NCBI GenBank assembly: GCA_964016885.1
Contig: OZ024743.1
Location: 187,550,001-187,614,000 of the forward strand
Direction of reading: 5' to 3'
Source of the DNA: Eledone cirrhosa
Lineage: Eukaryota
DNA: 64,000 bases
The translations under genes were made by a program, and so were the position numbers. The notes beneath the pieces were generated by a model that saw nothing but the letters and a program-made list of their open reading frames with translations, was not told the DNA's origin and ran no database searches. This document shows, piece after piece, positions 55,984 through 64,000 of the stretch; the first letter of the stretch is position 1, and each line of letters opens with the position of its first letter.

Positions 55984-56019
55984 CTTTACTGGTTTCGCAG
56001 TTCTTCTGCTTTTCAAAAG
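55984..56019 (-). ncRNA. Minimal hammerhead (U3-A8 variant) in a ~300-bp Neptune-related terminal fragment (55850-56150)
   Basis: ctt-TTGAAAA-gcag aagaa ctgc-GAAA-ccag-TA-aag; neighbouring aaaaaagtggctc also occurs in the Neptune 3' region. Confidence 0.65.
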
Positions 56020-56349
56020 TAGAGTTGAGATGGAGGGTCTGTGGTTTTTCTCACATCTGGTTGGTCTTTGAATGTTACTTGTTTTATATGGAAAAAAGTG
56101 GCTCGAAACGCCAGGTTTTTAGAGAAGTAATTTGAGTGGTTGGTCAATAAGTATATATATATATAATGTGTGTATATATATATATATATATATAGAAAAA
56201 GAGTCAGGACTCTGACAGCTGAGATCCGGCCATTTCAACAACTTGATCTGACTCTTTTCCTATTTCCCACTCTACAACCCTAAGTATTGAATACTCTGGT
56301 GCGTTATGGTCCATCTGGTATCTTAGCACACTCTCTTTGTTATATATAT

Positions 56350-56790
56350 ATATCATCATCATCATCATCATCACCGTTTTATGTCCATTCTTCCACGCTA
56401 GCAAGGGTTAGATGGGTTGTCCTGTTGTGGGCAATGTAAGGTCGGGTGACCTTGTCTTGCTCATACAGGAACTGATTTTGGCTTGATTTCTACAGCTGGA
56501 TACCCTTCCTAACACCAACCTCATTTACAGTGAGTACTGGGTGCTTTTTTCCATGGTGACTACACGACTACTTTACAGTGTGGGCTGGGTGCTTTTTTGT
56601 TGTGACACCTCCACAACCACTTTGCAGAAGGAGGGGATGGGGGCATATTGTCTATATGCTTCAGCTTCGGCTTGTTCCTGTGGGCAGTCGGGTCTTCTGT
56701 ATTACTGCGTGACACCAGAGGTCATGGTCCTGTGTCATTGCCTTTGAGATGTGCAATTGGGCAAGGTCCACTTTTATTACCTCATCCCAT
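56350..56790 (-). mobile_element. RTE LINE 3' fragment
   Basis: Reverse complement of 31030-31455. Confidence 0.9.
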
Positions 56791-57569
56791 ATATACACAT
56801 GTATAATATATGATTAATTTACAAAGCATTGGAGGAATATGAATACTTGAAAATTTGTTTGTATTTTCTTTTGTGGAGGAGCCACAATGCAGATAACTAT
56901 AAATAGTTGTTGCATATGTTGGGTAAAATACCCTAATGATGAAAAAATAGCAGACAGAATTACCCAGTGAGAATCAGAGCATGACAGAAACATGATTCAA
57001 ATCCCTCAGGACTTTCTGTCCACATCTTTCCCTTTCCAGATTTACCTTACCAGGCTAATTTAATTATTATAGTTATCTACATTATGGAAGCTTCCCCAAA
57101 TACACATGCATATACACACATATATACATATCGCAGTAAGTACTTCACAAAATCTATAAACAGCAATATACACACAGATTTATATATAGATACATACTGC
57201 ACACACATATACACACAAGTGAAAAGAAACCACACTATTTCTTGTGAGACACTATACCAGCCAATCTTACGTACATTAGTAAAATCTTTCTGAACACTGA
57301 CTTCGCTTCTAACCCACATACACCTTTTAATTATATATATATATTTATATATTCGTGTGCAGATCTTTTTGCATACACACACACAATACATAGGAAAACA
57401 GAAATACAAAAACAAAACATAAACAAACATTTATCTCATTAACAAATGTGCTAAACTTACGCAGCATATTTATTTGTTTACATTTAGATCTTGTTCTACT
57501 GTACAGTGGACAGACAGGACAAAATAGCTTTTGTGACATCCATGGATGAAGTGTGCAATAAAACTGGGC

Positions 57570-60500
57570 GATGTTCCAAAATAGAACATTGCTCAGAAAA
57601 TCATATCTGTCATCTATGTACAGAACCAGAGAACTCCTTCTGAAATCGATGGGTCGAATGTGGCAAATGTCGTGTTTCTGTTTGCCTTCAATGTGCCACA
57701 ACGTTCGAAAGATCCCGTGTCAGAAAAAGAGACACCCTACTTCTATGATGGATGGACTCTGGGAAATGGTCCAGCTAACAAATTGATCCTTTCAGTGCCT
57801 GGCCTGTATGTTTGTCTCTACCATTGCTGTTGAACAACAACAACAAAAAACCGAAGAACGTGTCTTCCTCTACCATTGTTCCTGAACAACAGCAAAAACC
57901 CAAAACGAGAAAACCAACGACCGTAGCTTCTGCTACTACCCCTGTTGAAGGACTTCATCAACAACAGCAACCCATGTCTTCCTCCCTCGTTACTTTTCAA
58001 CAACAACAACCGACGACTGTTGAAGAAGAACAACAAAAATTGACCGTCAATACGGAGTTTGAGGGAATACGGCAAATGATTTCCGCTTTAAGCCGAGAAA
58101 TAGCGGGAATAAAATCAAGTGTTCGTGCAGAACCTCACAATGAGGGATCTTACTGAAGTGCCTTGTTAAAAAATCTCTGCGTACCTCTTGCCGAATCTAG
58201 ACGCATTGAGAATGCCACTGAATCTGTAAACCACGAAGTGATTGCCATTGGTGTTCCAGAAGACATAGTTGATCTTCAGGCATTTGCTGCCAGTTTATCC
58301 AAAGACTTGGGTTGTGCTCCCCCGAAGGGTGCTCTACGCCTTGGCCGACCAGGTCCGAAACCCAGGCTAATTAGACTGTCCTTTTCGAACTCAACTGAGA
58401 CACGTTCATATCTTTTGGCCTCTGATAAAGCTAGGCATGAAAGCCGATTGCCTTCCGAACACGACCTGGTCTTCCACCTGATGTCCGCCCAAAGATGCGT
58501 GCTGCTGCTTCCTTAAACCGCAGCTCGGCAGAACATGAAAGCTTCAGCCTACGTGATGATGGGCAGATATGGAAATTTATTAAGGCTGGGGAAACATGGA
58601 AAAGAGATGACAGCTGGTCTGAAAACACTGTACCCACAACAACTGACAATAAAAAAACTGAAAAAACTCTGGGAAAGTAAATCAGAACAACCTGCCATCC
58701 CCTGCACATAATCATAGACTGGAATCAAGGTACAAATTTTTGTCCTTGAATGCACATAGTCTATGCAATAAGATTCATCTTTTTGACTCCTACAATCACG
58801 GAAACATGGGCAGATTCCTTACTCTGTGATGGGGTTTTCAGCATAACTGGCTACAACTTGTTTCGTAAAGACCACATTAATCGTCCTGTTGGTGGTGTAA
58901 TGGTCTACATTCGGTCAATTTTTTGGGTAATTCCTTGTGTTGATTTGAACCAATCACAGCAGAAAGTATTTTTCTGCGATATACGTATGACCATGACAAC
59001 ACTGCTACTTGGAGTCGTTTACCGTCCCCCAAATTACTATCAGGACACTCAACTCTGTGATATCCTCAGAGTTGCTGCCAGGAAAACAGCCACTTATGTT
59101 TTTATTGCAGGGAAACCTTTCGTTGGCCGCCAAGTGCAAATGACTTCCTTGAGCTAGTACTGGACTCGAACTGGTCCCAAGTAGTCACCTCCTCAACAAG
59201 AGGTGACAACACTTTGGACCTACTCTTCACCACTACTCCTGAAACGGTTATTAGTGTTACTACTGAGGAACCTTTAGATGACTCTGATCATGCTATGATC
59301 ATCTCAATCTATCCCTCATGGGCAGTAACAAAAACCACAACCATCTCCAAACTGCTCACTTTGACTGGAATAAAGCAGACTGGAACTGTTACTGGACAGA
59401 GCTGCAACGTCCAAACTGGCTTGAGTTCTACGACTCTGGAGATGTCAACACTGTACTCCAGAACATCCTGAGCTCAATATGGACAGCATGTGCAGCATCG
59501 GTGCCACGTAAGCAGAAAAAACATCCCAAAAGGGCAATTTAGGAGACTGCAGCAGTCCGTCTTACCAGAAAAGAACGTCATAATGCTGAACGTGAGTACA
59601 AACTGCTTAAATCAGACATCAATAGGAAAAAGCGAAATAAATCATCCAACCATCTCAAACAGGTGACAAAAAAGGCAGTGCTTCAATTTGAGCAGCACAT
59701 AGCAACCAGCGCTGACAGTAAAGTGTTCTGGAAGTATGTTCACTCAAAGCAGAGGCCTCACTCTCCAGTTGGTCCTTTTCATAATCCCCACACAAGCCAG
59801 GTTACTGACGACCCCAAGGAATGCGCAGAGCTCATTGCTGAATGCTATACAGGCATTTTCACTATTGAAGACCAGAGTGTACCGTCTCCACCAACTCTGA
59901 CATCGGATTCTATAACAACTATGGAATTTACACCTTCAATGCTGCGACGTCACCTTAAAAATAAACGCAACTATGCTTCCTGGTCTTGATGGTATTACGT
60001 ACCTGCTTCTTAAACGTGGTGGGTACTTCCTTCTGCACCAGCTATCACGGTTCTTCCAATTCTGTCTGAACAACGGTGCTACTCCAGAACACTGGAAACC
60101 TGCCAGTGTCATTCCTCTGTTCAAAAGGGTGACTGCACATCACCTATGAACTATCGTCCAGTAAGTCTTACTAGCTGCATTGCCAAACTGATGGAATCCT
60201 GTGTCAGAGAAACACTTCGGAACTTCTGGAGCTCTCACAGTCTTATACGGCCCTCGCAATTTGAATTTATCCTTAACTCCAGCTGCTGTGATCAACTTAT
60301 CGAGTTTCTTGAAGACATCCCCCGGATCACTGATGGCGGCTCATGGATGAATGTTGTTTACCTTGACTTTGCTAAAGCTTTCAATTCTGTGCCACACAAA
60401 AGACTTATAGCAAAACTCTCAGCAATGGGTGTGAAGGATGATCTTTTTAACTGGATGAAATTTTTCATTCTCAGTCGAAGAGAGGTAGTCAATGTTCTAG

Positions 60501-61580
60501 GACAGCATCCCTCACCATATGAGATGAAATCTGGTGTACCACAGGGATCTGTTCTTGGCCCCCTTTTGTTTGTGGCATATATTAATGACATAGATGCCAA
60601 CTTAAAGAATGCCACAGTACTGAAATATGCAGATGACATCAAGCTGTACCTTAAGATAAAAAGCACCGATCCTGGATACTATAGATCTTGCCTGCAATCT
60701 GACCTGGACACAATGCAACAATAGATCACAGACTGGCAACTCAAGCTAACTGTGGACAAGTGTACCACCATGCATTTTGGGAGTAAAAACCTAGCGTCCA
60801 CATATTCCCTCCACAACACTAATATCAAGAAGTGTTCTTTGGACATTACGGTCAGCAGCGATTTGCGTTGGACAAAGCATGTCTCTAAGATTGTCAAGAA
60901 GGCCGAGGGTGTCTTGGCATCACTCAGCAAGACCTTTGTTAGCTACTCTCCAGCCATCTATTTAAAGCTGTATACAGCTATGGTACGACCACACTTGGAA
61001 TTTGCATCATTAGTCTGGAACCCCTATCTTGCTCAGAACATTGACCTCCTGGAAACTGTTCAGAGACTTGCAACCAAGCGCATATCCTCCATCAGACACC
61101 TACCATACTCTGAACACCTTGCTTCTCTGGGCATGGATTCATTGAAGCTCCGACGTCTAACATTGGACTTGGTAAACACCCACAAAATTACTAACCATCT
61201 TGCCAACAACAACCCTGAGTACCTTTTTTATTTCCATGTATCTAACACACGTGGGCATGCCCACAAATTCAGAAAACAACACAGCTCCCATGACTTTCGG
61301 AAACATTTTTTCACGCTCAGAGTTGCTGAAGCATAGAACAAACTACCTGCATCAGTTATTAGCTGTCGAGACACAGCATCCTTTAAAACCTCCATGCTTC
61401 CTGAGATTCGCTAACACTACACCTAATATTACCCCTCCATACACACGCACACATGTATATCATGACTCATACACTATTCACTTCCCTGACATTTGTATAT
61501 CATTCTATGTATTATACATGCACCTTTGACGAGTTGTAGTGCACTTGAGCACTGTACACAATAATTTCATTATTATTATA
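57570..61580 (+). mobile_element. CR1-clade LINE, near full length, degraded (Cys-rich ORF1; APE-RT ORF2)
   Basis: ORF1 CHLC..WVECGKC..CLQC; APE ITETW, GGVMVY, GVVYRPP, LDLLF, SDH; RT NYRPVSLTSCIAKLME, YLDFAKAF, SGVPQGSVLGPLLF, YADDIKL, VRPHLEFAS.VWNP; 3' hairpin and (ATT)n tail. Confidence 0.92.
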
Positions 61581-62402
61581 TACATATTTATTTGTGGTAT
61601 ACATGCATGCATGTGCGTATGTGTTTGTGTGTGTGAACAGTAAACCTCCTAAATAGCAGCAACTTCAGAGATTTCAGATTGTAATTATTATAAATTTTCT
61701 GTTGCCAAAGAATGCTTTTTCAAAAGCATTTATGTAAATAAACAAGTACAGAAAATAAAGAAATTCAGATGATGTATAATGAATACCACTTAATTAGCTG
61801 TTAAATATACAATAACAAGATATCAGCAAAAACAAAGGCTTTTAGAATAAAAGAGAAAAAGCATTTTTACAATGACAGAGTTGTACATAAACAAAGTTGT
61901 TGCCAGGAGTTATCTTTTCTCTACAACAATATTCAAATGTGTCATTGGTTTCAGTGTTTTGTTATTAAGGAAGCTTACTACATATATAAATAATTTTTTC
62001 CTATATATAAACATAAGATTATATATAAACATAAACACACTATTTAGATGGTTAGTACAGTTTGTTTGGCAGAAGACTTAGGTACAGGTTAGTGTTCAGT
62101 TTAGCGTATTTGTTGAAAGTGAGTAGACTGGTTTGAGCAATGACAATCTTATTTACATATAAACATACCCTTATACTTACACATAATAACGATACTAATA
62201 CACACACTTTGTATTCCAACTCATTGCCTAACAGTTTGTCCTGTTTACACTCATCATTTTCCATTTTTCTTTTTTCTTCTTTGTGATGCTGTCTCTATTT
62301 TGTACTCCTGAAGAAAGGCTTAAGCCTGACACTTCAAAACTTTCTTTTCCCCTTTCCATATAAAGCGTGAAATTAATAAGACATTTTGTACCTCTGTTGT
62401 CT

Positions 62403-62441
<39 letters not shown>

Positions 62442-62679
62442 AACAAGTATGACCCCGACGGCAGAGCTTAAGCTGTTTCGACGGCTAATTCTGGACGTAT
62501 ATATATATTATGCATATATATATACATATATATGGAGACAAATATATATATATACAGATGTATAGGATATCAGGCAGACTGACAGGAAAAGAAGACTTCT
62601 TATAAAATAGATGTTATAGATGTTCAGGGATGATTGATAATAAGAGGATCAGAGATATAAACCTTTTCCAATCCCAGGA

Positions 62680-63080
62680 AGGATTCATAGAAGTGGATGA
62701 TAGCTTCTGCTGCTTAGGTGATCTAATTAGCAGTGGAGTAGGGTGCTCCTAGAGCATAGTAGCTGGAATAAAGATAGGATGGAAGATGTTTATGGAGCTA
62801 CACCCACTGCTGACAACAAAAGGTTTCTCCCTACGAATGAAAGGACAGCTGTATGATACCAGTGTGCAAAGTGTAATGTTGCATGGTAGTGAAACAGGCA
62901 GTAAATACAGTGGACATGTGAAGGCTGGAGAGAAATGAAGCAAGCATGCTTTGATGGATGTGCAATGTTGATGGGAATGCATGGCTAAGCATGGATGACA
63001 ATTGCTGGGTGACGAAGTGCCAGGAAATCACAGTGGAAGGAAGCCACAGTCGAAGAAGATGAAGGAAAACCTGGGAAGAG
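62680..63080 (+). mobile_element. Old RTE fragment (thumb region)
   Basis: DSFCCLGDLISSG..GWKMF.EL.PLL..KGFSLRMKG.LY..MLHGSET. Confidence 0.8.
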
Positions 63081-63435
63081 TGTGTATGTGTGTACAAGTG
63101 TATGTATATATATTCATTAAGACTCTTTTCCTACTACATCATGTGTTCAACTAATATATATCTCCATTGCACTGTATCATTTACTGTGTTGTTTTCCATC
63201 TACCTTTCACATATATATATACTTTATTTATCAACCTCAAAAGCAGCATGTGGCATTTGAACTCAAAGCATATAAGAACTGGAATGAATACTGCAAAGCA
63301 TTTTATTTGATGTTCTAATACCCGGCTACATAATACCCTCAGGGCCCCCACCACTATTTCCAGAGAGACCTGCCTACACACAAATTGTAAATAATATATA
63401 ATAAATAAAATCGATAATTTATATATAATAAAAAA

Positions 63436-63815
63436 AAGGGTAAAGACCCCCTTCGGTCATGAATGACCATGGGATTTGCACCTAGAAAGTTTTCCTCCGA
63501 GGCACAAGTCCTGGCAAGGTTGTTTTGTGGAAGACCAGTAGTCGCCCCTGGATACCAGTCTCCCCTCTCCACGCCACCGATGAGGTCCAAGGGAAAGGCA
63601 ATGGCCGATACAGCTTAGCACCAATGACGTCGCAACTCATTTCTACAGCTGAGTAAACTGGAGCAACGTGAAATAAAGTGTCTTGCTCAAGGAAACAACA
63701 CATCACCCAGTCCGAGAATTGAACTCACAACCTTTCGATTGCAAGTCCAATGCTCTAACTAAGCGCATTGGGCTTGCACTAAGCCATTGGACTTGCACTA
63801 AGCCTTGCGCCTTCA
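63436..63815 (-). mobile_element. SINE family D (family-A head and core, third tail type)
   Basis: 63640-63760 is the reverse complement of the family A head and core; distinct tail ending ...ggggtctttaccc; short tandem duplications in the A-box region. Confidence 0.85.
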
Positions 63816-63911
63816 CTATTTATATATAATAAATATGATATATATATATTTTTAATCCTCTTTATTTCATCAACATAATTTGAAAGTGGTGAATTGGCAG
63901 AGCCATTAGAA

Positions 63912-64000
63912 CAGAGGTTCTCAAAGTGGCCGCTACTGCCCCGAGGGAGCATTGAGAAGGTTCAGTGGGGTGCTGGGGCCTAAGGGACAGTAGAGATGTT
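63912..64000. mobile_element. Left end of a hAT MITE, cut by the window edge
   Basis: CAGAGGTTCTCAAA, the same TIR as 33936. Confidence 0.6.

Noticed and set aside
57077-57480. Possible distant Penelope 3' region
   Set aside because: Only loose compositional similarity; no HHR or alignable block

Overview
Very AT-rich eukaryotic (animal) genomic DNA that is almost entirely repetitive; I could not identify a host protein-coding gene. The (TA)n/(CA)n/(TATG)n microsatellite load and the SINE/LINE repertoire suggest a coleoid cephalopod such as Octopus, which is an inference. Most ORFs in the track are translated microsatellites. Recognisable elements: a degraded Neptune-like Penelope retroelement (RT + Cys linker + GIY-YIG, 44085-48530, minus) plus a 3' fragment of the same family; a palindromic Nematis-like Penelope end; two tandem RTE LINEs whose RT carries an inserted PHD-type finger; a near full-length degraded CR1 LINE; Helitron, mariner and RLE-LINE fossils; piggyBac and hAT MITEs; and several tRNA-derived SINE families. 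The most striking unannotated signal is about a dozen type I hammerhead ribozyme (HHR) or HHR-like motifs from several unrelated small element families, mostly next to (TA)n tracts. They occur as Penelope termini, as long foldback palindromes, or as a ~315-bp circularly permuted monomer resembling a non-LTR retrozyme. Several carry recurrent core variants (U3-A8, GCAA, CAGAAGA). All folds were read by eye and none has been tested for cleavage.
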